A program made the translations under genes and the position numbers. Of a DNA stretch of 64,000 nt, positions 54,536-64,000 are shown one piece after another (the stretch's first letter is position 1; the number at the start of each line of letters is the position of its first letter). The stretch is taken from positions 1 through 64,000 of the IMG/VR virus record IMGVR_UViG_3300030328_001039; one strand, given 5' to 3'. The notes below the pieces were generated by a model that worked only from the letters and a program-made list of their open reading frames with translations, was not told where the DNA came from and did no database searches. This DNA is from a virus.

Positions 54536-56545
54536 TCAAGAATGTAGTATCGTGTCTCTTGAAACAACACGCAAAGCCTTTGGTAAAATCTTCAAAGGTG
54601 CTTTGATTACGCCCTTATCTTCAGGAATTGGTAGTGGCGCTTCTGTGATGTAGAAGTCATCCACTATAATGTCAATCTGCTCACGAGGAGTGGTAGACCC
54701 CGGTTTTGTAAAGGATAAGCGAATCATATTATCAGAACTTGATGGGTGGTCTACTGCCCTTCGCATCTTATGATAGAATACTGGGTCATCTACAATAATC
54801 TCACAGTCCATGCTGTACTCAGTTTTACCCTCAATAGCAAGTGAAGCGTTACGAGAGCCACCGAATGGGATTTGGTCAGTAACACTGTCGGATGTAGCAG
54901 CACCGTTGATGGTGTAGAATTGCTGCACTCCAGTGTTACCAGTAATAGTGAATGAAACAACTTGACCTATGTTTACTCCAGCAATTACAACTGTTCCGTT
55001 GTAGAACATGTATGGCTTTTGTGTACCCTTCTCAATACCAGCCTCTTTTCTCTTCGCAAGAGTAGATGCAGTCTCTTCAAACATACGATGAGTTTTGTAT
55101 CGGTCACCTTTTGTACCAGTTGAGTAATTAGATACAGCAGTGGTTTCAAGACGACCAGTATCTGTGTAGCATAGTGCTGAATCAAAGTTTACGCTAAGTC
55201 GAAGAGCAGCATCTGTATCAGCAGTCATAGAGAAATCTTTGACCTTGCACCCCTTAAACACACGAGTGAGTTGCTTAGGGTCTGTTGTTCCTCCGTCTGT
55301 AACATCAGCATCAGCACCCTCTACATCTCTTCTACGAATGCTTACCTCCATAGCAAAGGATGGTACGCTATCACGAGAATAAAGCAAACGACTGATAGGG
55401 AATGTAAGAGCACCTGTTGATGCACGATGAGGGCTACCAGTATTGGTTGCTCCTCCTCCTTCTTGATAGCGAATGATACGCACTTGACAACCATCAGCGT
55501 GACCGTAACAAAGACCATCATCTAGGAAAATAGTAGTACCATTAATAGCAGCGATTCTACGAATCTCATTCTTTTGAGTGGTGTCAAAGAAGTCATCTCC
55601 TTCAATATTCACCGCACCAAAAGCAGCACCAGTCGCTGTTGTGCCTTCACGGTGAGTTATAATATCCTCTACTGTTGTGTCGATGATAAGAATGTAATCA
55701 CCTGCTTGAGCACCCGAAGTACCACCAAGAGGATTTGACGGGGCGGTAAACTCAAGCGCACCGTCTACTGTAATCAGAGACTGTCCTTTTTCGACAGCAC
55801 CGTTTAGAGCACGAGTAGCACTCATAAGTGAATTATACAGACCCGCAGCAGCACCGTTTGCCATGTAAGATATAGACTCCATACCTAAGCAATAATACAA
55901 CCATCGTGGATTGTGTAGATTGACTTCAAATGACCCACCTTCGTTTAGGAAACGACCCGGTACTTGCACCGCAGTATCACGGCCAAGTCCTACAATGTGG
56001 TAACGCTTGAGGTCTACTTTTGTTTCAGGTAGAGTAACAGTAGCAGCAAGACCGAGGAACTGGTCAGTAAGCACACGCTCACTACTAGAGGCCGCTGTAA
56101 TATTCCATCCAGTCATATTTGCATCAAAGGTTGGTGTGCCAAAAGAGTTGATGATGAGTACATCGTTTGTGTTAGAATTACCAATTCCTGATTTCAAAGC
56201 AGGTGTAACGGTTAATTCCGTTCCATTTGAAGAGTGATTTTTGTGCTCTAATACAGTGTAAGTGCGACCAGTATCGTGAGAATCGTCTGCCGTGAAGTTT
56301 GCCTTACCAATAATAGAGATTTTACAACCAACAAGCATACCAACTGGGTATCGTAAAAGCCCCCCAGTACAAGGTAAAGCAGAGCCACCGCCTGAAAATC
56401 CAATAACACTGGTGTTTGAATTAGCATCTGTGGACACATGTTTGAACAAAAACGATGAGCCAAATCCATTGTGTTTTAGTTCTAATGCTGTTTCGTGACC
56501 GAATGAGACTTCGGTTAAATCCCCTTTGTATACTGTAGATGGCAT
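54536..56545 (-). CDS. major tail tube protein with inserted domains
   Basis: 669 aa, follows terminator-like gene; GCKVKDFSMT, FTITGNTG, EGKTEYSM tube-like motifs; no sheath gene seen. Confidence 0.65.
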   Translation of the reverse strand: MPSTVYKGDLTEVSFGHETALELKHNGFGSSFLFKHVSTDANSNTSVIGFSGGGSALPCTGGLLRYPVGMLVGCKISIIGKANFTADDSHDTGRTYTVLEHKNHSSNGTELTVTPALKSGIGNSNTNDVLIINSFGTPTFDANMTGWNITAASSSERVLTDQFLGLAATVTLPETKVDLKRYHIVGLGRDTAVQVPGRFLNEGGSFEVNLHNPRWLYYCLGMESISYMANGAAAGLYNSLMSATRALNGAVEKGQSLITVDGALEFTAPSNPLGGTSGAQAGDYILIIDTTVEDIITHREGTTATGAAFGAVNIEGDDFFDTTQKNEIRRIAAINGTTIFLDDGLCYGHADGCQVRIIRYQEGGGATNTGSPHRASTGALTFPISRLLYSRDSVPSFAMEVSIRRRDVEGADADVTDGGTTDPKQLTRVFKGCKVKDFSMTADTDAALRLSVNFDSALCYTDTGRLETTAVSNYSTGTKGDRYKTHRMFEETASTLAKRKEAGIEKGTQKPYMFYNGTVVIAGVNIGQVVSFTITGNTGVQQFYTINGAATSDSVTDQIPFGGSRNASLAIEGKTEYSMDCEIIVDDPVFYHKMRRAVDHPSSSDNMIRLSFTKPGSTTPREQIDIIVDDFYITEAPLPIPEDKGVIKAPLKILPKALRVVSRDTILHS

Positions 56546-56556
56546 GTCGGCTCAAC

Positions 56557-57003
56557 TCAAGGCACTAACTCCGCAAAGATAACTACTTCTATCTGAAAGG
56601 TCATACGAAATAAAACCTTTGACCTATCAGATAAATCGGTACGGGTCTTGTAAACCATGCGGTCAAAGTTTATACCGTCACCTTTTCTTACGGAGTGAAT
56701 CAATCTTCTAATCTCATTCTCCATCAACTGAAGATGCTTTCTACCCTTTGATGTACGGGCATCAACTGTTATGTTGAGACGAGTGGTAACGAAGTCATAC
56801 AGCAACTCAGGTGCTTCTTCGTTGTGTGCTGTTTCGTAGCACAGAATATAGTCGTGGCGAGATAAATCAAGCCTCTTTCCACGCTCAGGAACAAGGGTAG
56901 CAATATCGGCTATGACTGGTTTGATGTTGCTAGTGTTAGCACGATTCCAGTCATTAAGAGTGCTAATAACCATATCAAGAGACTCAGTAAATGTAGCAAC
57001 CAT
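56557..57003 (-). CDS. putative tail terminator/completion protein
   Basis: 148 aa, position and size; ends FRMTFQIEVV. Confidence 0.55.
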   Translation of the reverse strand: MVATFTESLDMVISTLNDWNRANTSNIKPVIADIATLVPERGKRLDLSRHDYILCYETAHNEEAPELLYDFVTTRLNITVDARTSKGRKHLQLMENEIRRLIHSVRKGDGINFDRMVYKTRTDLSDRSKVLFRMTFQIEVVIFAELVP

Positions 57004-57007
57004 ATTA

Positions 57008-57343
57008 TCACTCCGCCTTCATTTTCTTGTACGCCTTCTTATCAGGCAGCAACAAACCACCCTTAAACACCAACTTTCTCTCAATTAGCATTGGTGATTC
57101 ACGGAGCATACGCTTATCGGCCTCTTTTAATGCAGCATCAATCTCAGACTGAGATGCTGCTTGGTTACCTTTTTTGTAACCATCATCAGTTTTTCTAATG
57201 CTATACATGCCTAATTCCTGTGCTTCTACCTTTTTACGGTAATTCTCAGGTCTTTGAGTAATAACCATTCGTAGTTCCTCTTGGTATTTTGGGTCTGACA
57301 TTTCAATAGTCAGCATTTCCAAAAACTCATCTTGAGGCTTCAT
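57008..57343 (-). CDS. hypothetical protein (head-tail region)
   Basis: 111-aa ORF. Confidence 0.6.
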   Translation of the reverse strand: MKPQDEFLEMLTIEMSDPKYQEELRMVITQRPENYRKKVEAQELGMYSIRKTDDGYKKGNQAASQSEIDAALKEADKRMLRESPMLIERKLVFKGGLLLPDKKAYKKMKAE

Positions 57344-57349
57344 ACGGCA

Positions 57350-58912
57350 TCACTCAAACACAACAATTTCAATATATCGGGCTAAGATAGCATCAACTTC
57401 AGCCCGTAGCAACTGAATCTTTGAAGTCAAATCTACATTCTGAGTTCCTTCAGGAATCAATACACTTCTGTCGTCTGACATTAAAACATCAATCGCCACC
57501 ATCTTTGTAGCAGCCTCTTCAATGGCTTTCTCTAAGTATCGCTCACCATAAATGTATGAGCACTTGATAGCATTCCATTCAAAGAAAGGATAGGAGTTGT
57601 TGAAGTAGATAATACCCATCTCATAGTCAGCCCACCAATCTCTTAGACGGGCGTTATCACCACTTGCTGAGCCACCTTGTAGGTCGATGGTAAAAGTGTG
57701 CTGAATGATTTCCCCACTAAGGTCACCGAGAGGACTACCTACAACAATAACGCATCCTGTAAATGATGTAGCGGTTTTACCAGTATATCTGAACACAGTG
57801 TCACCTTTTACACAGACACCAGCATGTGAAAAAGAATTGGTATCATCTACATTGACAGTAGTAGATACGATACTGGTAATAGTTGCTGTATGCTTAGTGG
57901 TTTGTTTGAGTTGAATATTGCTGTCAGTGGTAACAATAGAACAAGTTTCACCACCTTTACCAGCACGCATACTGGTGACCTTTATTTTACCAGTACCGTA
58001 ATCAGCATTTGCTGTAGCGAGGAACTCATTATCGACATTGATGTTGCTTGAAGAACCTTCTAATTTGTATGCTGGTGAAAACTCCACTGCTGCTTTATTT
58101 ACTCTGTCCTCTTTATTGATAAGGTCAGCAAGATTTTGTGCAGTTGTAGCAGGGTCAAAGTCAGCACGCCATTGATTAGTACCAGTGCCGATAGTCAATG
58201 TAGCAGCCGAGCCGTTACCTGTAGACATGATGATAGAGCCTGAAAGTGCTCTTACATCGTCAGGTATGTGAATACGAGCCTCAGCACTACAGATTTCTCG
58301 ATAGTCGTCTCCCTGCCATAATTCAAGACGAAGAATCTGTTGCACATTTCTAAACAGTAGAGGAGCAGTACCGACATAATCTGTATAGTATCTTCTCCTG
58401 TATGGCTTGTATGTATCGAAGTTAATGTACTCGGCACTCACAAGATATGGTCGCCAAGCGTTGTGTGTAAGATTGTCAATTTTATCCTGAGCCTCTTTGA
58501 TACGAGCCTCTACAACTGACCTTTTCATACCACGAGTTTTACCATTGGTAAACGATGCTGTGTTTTGAACATAGGTATTGTCAGCAGCCTGATAATCAGA
58601 AGCGGTGATTGTAGTATCAAAATTAAGTTCAACCCCATTTGCACTTGTGCTTATGGTTGTAATTACTCTCTCAATACCTAGTGGGTCAGCATCGGAGTAA
58701 ATGAGTATAGTGTCATCTTTTTGAAATCCCACAGTCCTGTAATCAGCACCAGTGACGAAAACGGTATTAGTAGTGCTATCTGCGCTAACAAGTACCGCAT
58801 CTTGAGGGCCAATTGAGAGGAAATCAGCAACTTTCTGTGCAGTAGTATAGACAATTGCCGTAGGGTCAAGTGGTCGTGTTTCAGCCTCACCGGGATTAAA
58901 AATTATTGGCAT
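57350..58912 (-). CDS. putative head-tail adaptor with large insertions
   Basis: YTTAQKVADFL N-terminus, IKEAQDKIDNLT, C-terminal SYIYG...IEEAATKMVAIDVL adaptor-like helices. Confidence 0.6.
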   Translation of the reverse strand: MPIIFNPGEAETRPLDPTAIVYTTAQKVADFLSIGPQDAVLVSADSTTNTVFVTGADYRTVGFQKDDTILIYSDADPLGIERVITTISTSANGVELNFDTTITASDYQAADNTYVQNTASFTNGKTRGMKRSVVEARIKEAQDKIDNLTHNAWRPYLVSAEYINFDTYKPYRRRYYTDYVGTAPLLFRNVQQILRLELWQGDDYREICSAEARIHIPDDVRALSGSIIMSTGNGSAATLTIGTGTNQWRADFDPATTAQNLADLINKEDRVNKAAVEFSPAYKLEGSSSNINVDNEFLATANADYGTGKIKVTSMRAGKGGETCSIVTTDSNIQLKQTTKHTATITSIVSTTVNVDDTNSFSHAGVCVKGDTVFRYTGKTATSFTGCVIVVGSPLGDLSGEIIQHTFTIDLQGGSASGDNARLRDWWADYEMGIIYFNNSYPFFEWNAIKCSYIYGERYLEKAIEEAATKMVAIDVLMSDDRSVLIPEGTQNVDLTSKIQLLRAEVDAILARYIEIVVFE

Positions 58913-59016
58913 TTCTTATCCCCCGTTACAAAACACTTCTTGGTTTTAGCCTCGGTTTTATCAACCTGCTTTGATTTAGCATCAAACCATTCATCAAGGA
59001 GTTTACAACGGGTCAT
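58903..59016 (-). CDS. possible 37-aa micro-protein
   Basis: Read manually (MTRCKLLDEWFDAK...); GGAGG SD, overlaps both neighbours. Confidence 0.45.
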   Translation of the reverse strand: MTRCKLLDEWFDAKSKQVDKTEAKTKKCFVTGDKKCQ

Positions 59017-59312
59017 GCTCTTGCCTCCTCATCAACAGAAGCAAGGTTGTATTCCATAGGTTTACTGCAACTACCGCAGTTTTCTCGCCATAGGAAATGA
59101 AGCATACCACAGTGTTGGCAGCGAGTGCCTGAGCCAATGTTTAGAACATCACTGGCCTCAAGATTACGCTTACGCTGTGTTTGAGTTACACCCTTTAGCG
59201 GGTTTTCCTCATCAATGACTTTACCAAGTAGAGTTTGTGCGTCAGAACGAATGCCTTGCTTTTGAAAACGCTCAATATCCGTTAGGTCAATTGATTGCTC
59301 TTTCAGTGACAT
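59013..59312 (-). CDS. zinc-ribbon protein
   Basis: CQHCG...CGSC. Confidence 0.7.
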   Translation of the reverse strand: MSLKEQSIDLTDIERFQKQGIRSDAQTLLGKVIDEENPLKGVTQTQRKRNLEASDVLNIGSGTRCQHCGMLHFLWRENCGSCSKPMEYNLASVDEEARA

Positions 59313-59327
59313 ACATACTCCTCACGC

Positions 59328-59501
59328 TCAACTGGTGGTGACAAATATGTAAATGTTGCCAAGAATATGATGCGGGTCGCAAGATACACATGTGTTAGAA
59401 GCAATAGCGGTGCTGATTGCAGTCGCTATAGCAGTCCTTGCTGTATCGTCATTGAAATCCTTTGGCGGATAAGGGCCAAGGATTGTCACGGTCTTTGCCA
59501 A
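59328..59501 (-). CDS. 57-aa hypothetical virion micro-protein
   Basis: Read manually; TTG start after GAGGTG; MAKTVTILGPYPPKDF...GNIYIFVTTS fills the gap. Confidence 0.55.
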   Translation of the reverse strand: MAKTVTILGPYPPKDFNDDTARTAIATAISTAIASNTCVSCDPHHILGNIYIFVTTS

Positions 59502-59512
59502 TTACAGCCACC

Positions 59513-59830
59513 TCAAGAGCGTCTGCCAATTACAAAGAAAGTACCAGCATTAGTGGTTTGACCTGTTAGCGGCGGCTCAATAGTAATTGTAGTACCATCA
59601 AAGGTTGCTATGTCCTCTGATGCACCTACAACTGCTGCGTATGAAGAGCCACCTGTAATATCTACATCTTGGTGCTTCAATACTTGTGCTGCGCTAAAGT
59701 TTACAATTATTGCATCAATTTCAGCCAGCATATCACCTAATGTAATAGATGTTTCACCTGCATCAAATGAGCCTGTTATAATCATTCTGTCTCCCATGTA
59801 AGTCGGTCTTGGGTCAATTGTTACTGCCAT
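59513..59830 (-). CDS. putative head-associated structural protein
   Basis: 105-aa beta-rich ORF downstream of capsid genes. Confidence 0.6.
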   Translation of the reverse strand: MAVTIDPRPTYMGDRMIITGSFDAGETSITLGDMLAEIDAIIVNFSAAQVLKHQDVDITGGSSYAAVVGASEDIATFDGTTITIEPPLTGQTTNAGTFFVIGRRS

Positions 59831-59832
59831 AT

Positions 59833-60207
59833 TTATTCATCTCCAGTTGTTTCTTCTTCTGCACTCTCTTCTATAAGTGCTTCTGTCTCCTCAGCACCGT
59901 CAGGACTCATAACAGTCTCGACAAGTTGTAGGAGAGTAGTTTTAGTTGCATAGCCTTTTGGCTTAATATCATACTTTGCGAGCCATGCTGCTATATCAGC
60001 ACGACTCCATCCAGCATCAGGAATATCATCACTACCTGACTCTACAGATTCATAGCCTTCTACGATAAAATCGTCACTAAGTCTATGCCCCCACTTATCA
60101 AGCCACGCTGTTGTGACTTCAATGGGTCTACCCCTTACAAAGTCGGGATAAGAAGCGTCTATATTTCTTGTAGTCCAAGAACGCCCCATGTAGGTTACTG
60201 TAGGCAT
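59833..60207 (-). CDS. HeH/Rho-N-like small protein
   Basis: WSRADIAAWLAKYDIKPKGYATKTTLLQLV; ATG 60207 after GAGGTG. Confidence 0.6.
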   Translation of the reverse strand: MPTVTYMGRSWTTRNIDASYPDFVRGRPIEVTTAWLDKWGHRLSDDFIVEGYESVESGSDDIPDAGWSRADIAAWLAKYDIKPKGYATKTTLLQLVETVMSPDGAEETEALIEESAEEETTGDE

Positions 60208-60217
60208 GAGGTTCACC

Positions 60218-60619
60218 TCAAGCCACGATAGCCATGAATCCAACTGTAGTATCAATGGTTGCTTCTGCGGTAAATGTGATTGTACCACCGCTTGCTACTG
60301 CTGTCAAAGACTTACCAGCCGCACCGCTACCACCAATGATAACGGATTGAACAATACTTGCATCTCCTCCAACTGTGAATACATTTGCATTTTGAACCAA
60401 AGTGCATTCTCCAACAATGAGTTTCAATCCAGCAACTGCATTTGTAGTGTTAGTGTTCTTTGCTTGGAATCCAGCAAGAGCACCCGGATAAGAGTCAGCC
60501 GCTGCTCCACCATCGAGCCATGCTGTACTGTCATTCGGGCTACCTGCGTAAAGGTCTAGTTCAGTCTTGACGGTCATTACTCCACCACTGCCTGTTGTTC
60601 TTTCAAAAGTTACTGCCAT
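60218..60619 (-). CDS. putative capsid decoration/cement protein
   Basis: Directly after MCP, small, Ala/Gly/Thr-rich; shares upstream element with MCP. Confidence 0.55.
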   Translation of the reverse strand: MAVTFERTTGSGGVMTVKTELDLYAGSPNDSTAWLDGGAAADSYPGALAGFQAKNTNTTNAVAGLKLIVGECTLVQNANVFTVGGDASIVQSVIIGGSGAAGKSLTAVASGGTITFTAEATIDTTVGFMAIVA

Positions 60620-60649
60620 ATTTTTTCATCTCCTATATTTTTTTTTATT
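60615..60649 (-). promoter_or_regulatory. A-rich AGGAGA translation-initiation element, copy A
   Basis: A-tract, TATAGGAGATG, A-tract, TATGGC; nearly identical to the element before MCP. Confidence 0.6.
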
Positions 60650-60653
60650 ATCC

Positions 60654-61829
60654 TCACTTCAAGTCACGGATGCTTGCCTGTGCTCCGAAGAAAGTAGTCC
60701 AAACTTCACCCATTGTGCGGTAAAGTCCTTCCTGTCCTAGTCTGTTGATAGCGAATGGGTCGCCAGTTTCGATACCGGACTCAAAGTATTGAGTAGGGAT
60801 TGCTGTGCTAAAGTACATGTAGTCAGTGTCTAAGAGGTACATTCTGCTTAGGCCATCTGTCTTTACAACATCCTTGGATGGAATGATAGGTACACCATTG
60901 TAGGTTGCTACAATGAAACCTGCTTCGATACCGGGTACACCCTTAACACCGTTGTAGGTTGGAGTAACTCTCTTCTCTTCCATGAACCTTTGCTGAGCCT
61001 GTAGCAATTGCTGTAGTCTCATTAGAGTGTCATATCCAGTTAGGATAACCTTTGGATTACCACCACGCTCCCAAACTTGCTGGAAGATTGTGTCAAGGTG
61101 GTCTAATGATAGAACACGCTTGTTACTTGCTGTAGTATCTGCTGCACAGTTTACTTCTGCACTAGCCCAAGCATTGTCTCTGCGGTCAATGCTGTAAATG
61201 TCAAGGTCACCGTCATCAGCGTGGTTGTTGCTGGATGTGGTTTTCAAGGTAGTTGCTGAACCTGCTCCGTTGCTTGCTTCAGCAGCGGTGATTCTGTCAA
61301 GTGATTCAAAGTTGTTACCTGCTGCTGTAGAACAGTCAGTCAAGAGCATCTTGTTTACCATTTCAGCGTGGTGCTTACCCATTTCTTCTTTGAGAACTGA
61401 GCGCATGTCGCCAAGGCCGTCATCCTTGTCAGCAAGGAATACTGCAACTTCGCTTACATCGAAAGAGTGAGCGATTGTCTTTGGCTTTGCTGCTACATGT
61501 TGGAAAGTAGGCTTAACAGTTTCAGGTAGTGTACCGTTTTCTGCGATTCCACCGTGTACTGCTCCGCTGTTAGGCTTCTCAGTGATGACTCTCCATCCAC
61601 TGCGCTCCCACGGCTTCTTTGGTAGAATTGAAAATGCGTTGAACTCTTGGTTCAACTGTGACCAAACTTTGCGACCATAGATTGCTTGGTATGTTCCAGC
61701 GGTGGTGCTTAGCATTGGTGCGTCTGCTTTGAGAAGTTCACTACCAGTGTAAGTGTAACCCATTGAGTTACCTGCTCCGTAGTAGTATCTTTCCATGTCT
61801 GTTACTGTGCGTACATAATTTCGTGCCAT
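60654..61829 (-). CDS. major capsid protein (HK97 fold)
   Basis: About 391 aa after protease; GGIAENGTLP, KPKTIAH, GGNPKVILTG, YNGVPII, EGLYRTMGE. Confidence 0.9.
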   Translation of the reverse strand: MARNYVRTVTDMERYYYGAGNSMGYTYTGSELLKADAPMLSTTAGTYQAIYGRKVWSQLNQEFNAFSILPKKPWERSGWRVITEKPNSGAVHGGIAENGTLPETVKPTFQHVAAKPKTIAHSFDVSEVAVFLADKDDGLGDMRSVLKEEMGKHHAEMVNKMLLTDCSTAAGNNFESLDRITAAEASNGAGSATTLKTTSSNNHADDGDLDIYSIDRRDNAWASAEVNCAADTTASNKRVLSLDHLDTIFQQVWERGGNPKVILTGYDTLMRLQQLLQAQQRFMEEKRVTPTYNGVKGVPGIEAGFIVATYNGVPIIPSKDVVKTDGLSRMYLLDTDYMYFSTAIPTQYFESGIETGDPFAINRLGQEGLYRTMGEVWTTFFGAQASIRDLK

Positions 61830-61856
61830 ATTTTTCATCTCCTATTTTTTTTATTT
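61825..61856 (-). promoter_or_regulatory. A-rich AGGAGA translation-initiation element, copy B
   Basis: A-tract, TAGGAGATG, A-tract, TATGGC before MCP start. Confidence 0.6.
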
Positions 61857-61864
61857 TGTGAGCC

Positions 61865-63253
61865 TTATTCGCCTCGGTATAGCCCTCCAGCCAATTGGTG
61901 AACTTCTTCCCAAGTCATGTTAGCCAAGTCTTGTGTGCTTGGTACATCAATAGTTGGTGAAGCAGACTTAGCGATTAATTCGCCTCCGCCATTAGATAGA
62001 GTGTCGATTCTCTCGTTGAGTGCTCCTAGAGCCTTCATTACCTCGTCAAGAGGAGCACGAGCGTCAAAGTTTGCAGCCTGAGCCTTTGCGATTTCTGCTT
62101 GAGATTCTTGTGCGAAGCGACCTTCAAAGTTTGCTTCAAGAGACTTGCGGAACTCTTCTTCTTGCTTTGCTGCTTTGAATACGCCATATGCTTCTTCAAT
62201 GCGGTGAGAATCAATGTTGTGACCTGTGACAAAGGCAGACTTTTCAAGACTGCCACCGCCACTTAGTCCAGCACGCTTGATAGCGTTAGTAGATGGGTTG
62301 CCTCCTTCTTGAGCACGACCCTTAACTTGTCCAGCAAAGTAATCAGCGCCATCGCCAATTGCTTCAGGAGTAGAACCGAGGTTTGCTTTTGCGACTCCAT
62401 CAAAGTGAGAGCGAGCAGCACCAGTATCTACACCAGCGGATTTCAAAGTGTTCTCCATCCAATCTAGGTATTCAGAAGTGATAACATCTGAAAACTCAGA
62501 TTTCATCTTGTCATCTTTCTTGTCGTCTTTCTCTTCATCTTTCTTCTCGTCTTTATCCATGTACTTCGCCTTCATTTTCTCGTCTTTCTCATCGTCAGAA
62601 GATTCTTCTTTCTTCTTCTTTTGAGCGTCTTTTAATGCTTGAGGTAGTTCTCCTTTCTCCATAGAGTCAAGTCTGCCTTCTAGTCGTGTTAGTACATCGT
62701 TCATTTGTTCCATTACTTCATCAGTCATTTTGTTCACCTTGTTTTTATCTTCTTTTAGTATGTTGAATGTGGCTTCGGGGTTAATTCCTTTTTCGCATAT
62801 TGTGATTTCGTGTAATTCTAGTTTTGATATTTCTTGATATGAGCCGTGGGATTTATCGCTTTTGTTTACTCGCTTGAATGCCTGTCCTCCGATGCTGAAT
62901 CCCGTTAGGTTTCCTTTTCGGATTTCGCTTGCTACTTCTCGTGCCTTCTCAATGTCGTTTCTTAATTGTACTACAACAAACATTCCAGCATCGTCTACTT
63001 CGCTTTTCCACAACCTCCCTTGATTATCTGTATAATTTGAAATTACTTCTCCTACTTGTATGTTTGAATGTGCTAGTTGGACATTTCTGTATTTTGGGTC
63101 GGACATAAACTTCTTGAAAGCGTCTTTCAATGCTGACCTTGTGATTAAATCCCCTTGTTTGTCTACGAGTTCAACTGAAGCATACCCTGCCACAATGAGG
63201 TCATTGACCCCCTTGAGGAGTTCGATACCATTCCTCCGCTGACTTCGCAACAC
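61865..63253 (-). CDS. prohead maturation protease fused to scaffold-like region
   Basis: IVAGYAS...DKQGDLI, catalytic His (LAHS), GFSIGG Ser motif, EITICEKGINPEA; charged coiled-coil C-terminal half. Confidence 0.88.
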   Translation of the reverse strand: MLRSQRRNGIELLKGVNDLIVAGYASVELVDKQGDLITRSALKDAFKKFMSDPKYRNVQLAHSNIQVGEVISNYTDNQGRLWKSEVDDAGMFVVVQLRNDIEKAREVASEIRKGNLTGFSIGGQAFKRVNKSDKSHGSYQEISKLELHEITICEKGINPEATFNILKEDKNKVNKMTDEVMEQMNDVLTRLEGRLDSMEKGELPQALKDAQKKKKEESSDDEKDEKMKAKYMDKDEKKDEEKDDKKDDKMKSEFSDVITSEYLDWMENTLKSAGVDTGAARSHFDGVAKANLGSTPEAIGDGADYFAGQVKGRAQEGGNPSTNAIKRAGLSGGGSLEKSAFVTGHNIDSHRIEEAYGVFKAAKQEEEFRKSLEANFEGRFAQESQAEIAKAQAANFDARAPLDEVMKALGALNERIDTLSNGGGELIAKSASPTIDVPSTQDLANMTWEEVHQLAGGLYRGE

Positions 63254-63297
63254 ACTAATTCACTCTCTGTTTGTTTACCTATATGAATAAAGCGGCA

Positions 63298-64000
63298 TCA
63301 CTCTTCTTCACCATACTTATTGAAATCGCTGTGCTGCTTGCCCTTTTTCCTCTTTTTGCGTTTGTTACGCAAATGGTCGTATTCTTCTTCGGAATCCTCT
63401 GTAGGTCGCTCTATCATATCCCAATCAGGCAGACTTTCTTCACTTGTCAGTGAAGTTGGCCCTCTAGGAGATTCAGTACCGTCTCCAACATTAATACCTA
63501 ATCCTTGAGCACCTACTCTACCTGACATTTTTTCTTTTTGTATAGTATCAATTCGCTCTGTAAGGTCATTAATACGAGTAATTGTTTTGAGCATTTTCTT
63601 CATATTCGGCTTGATGATATTCATTTCATCATCAGCATCAATGATACCAGCAGAGTTTTTCTCACTCTCCTTTCTATCTTTTTTTGAATGCATTGAATGG
63701 TAGTCCTTCTCAGGAATAATTTCTTCAACTATGCTTTCTTCTTTTTTATTGATACCTTTCATCATCAATGAAACAGCCTGATTCCATAGCGGTCTAACGC
63801 TTTCTGCTAGTTGTAGAGAGTAATCAGACTGGGCTAAAGCGCCCATAACTGACTGTGGAGAGTGCGCCCAATTTCCAGTATGACTGGATTCTGACTTGTA
63901 AATTACCTCGTCTAACCCATCAAAAACGATGGATATTTGGTTTTCTTTGAGGGTTATATCGTAAGGAACATGGATAATAGGATGAGATTTAGCCAAAAGA
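63298..64000 (-). CDS. C-terminal part of a gene truncated by the window edge
   Basis: Frame open to base 64000; function not recognisable from this part. Confidence 0.6.
   Translation of the reverse strand, partial: LLAKSHPIIHVPYDITLKENQISIVFDGLDEVIYKSESSHTGNWAHSPQSVMGALAQSDYSLQLAESVRPLWNQAVSLMMKGINKKEESIVEEIIPEKDYHSMHSKKDRKESEKNSAGIIDADDEMNIIKPNMKKMLKTITRINDLTERIDTIQKEKMSGRVGAQGLGINVGDGTESPRGPTSLTSEESLPDWDMIERPTEDSEEEYDHLRNKRKKRKKGKQHSDFNKYGEEE

Overview
The window is a 64-kb internal fragment of a tailed dsDNA archaeal virus genome. Gene content and order point to a magrovirus-type virus of Marine Group II Euryarchaeota (Poseidoniales); this assignment is inferred from motifs, not from a database search. 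There are two convergent arms. The + strand arm (1-28195) carries early accessory genes, including a His-phosphocarrier (PEP-utiliser-like) protein next to a CX5R phosphatase, a PC4-like protein and a single-repeat TFB-like protein. These are followed by an almost complete archaeal-type replisome: a degenerate ligase, RFC, an RPA-like protein, a Sak4-like ATPase, a PCNA-like clamp, PolB, a Cas4-like nuclease, a fused PriS-PriL primase, an XPF/ERCC4 nuclease, an MCM-like helicase and a DEDD exonuclease, then a thermosome subunit. The - strand arm (28201-64000) is a siphovirus-like morphogenesis module: prohead protease, HK97-type major capsid protein, head-tail genes, tail tube, chaperones, tape measure, a 6068-aa giant tail protein and a tail fibre. 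The most notable signals not shown in the ORF track are: (1) a 19-bp TATA-containing motif repeated 6-7 times at fixed spacing from start codons; (2) an unannotated 45-aa peptide with tandem PIP-box-like repeats, in frame right after polB; (3) an unannotated TFS-like zinc-ribbon micro-protein lacking the catalytic DE pair; (4) a multi-helix structured RNA that could sequester the RBS of the clamp gene; (5) an origin-like inverted-repeat/AT-rich element before the MCM gene; and (6) apparent avoidance of several restriction-site palindromes.
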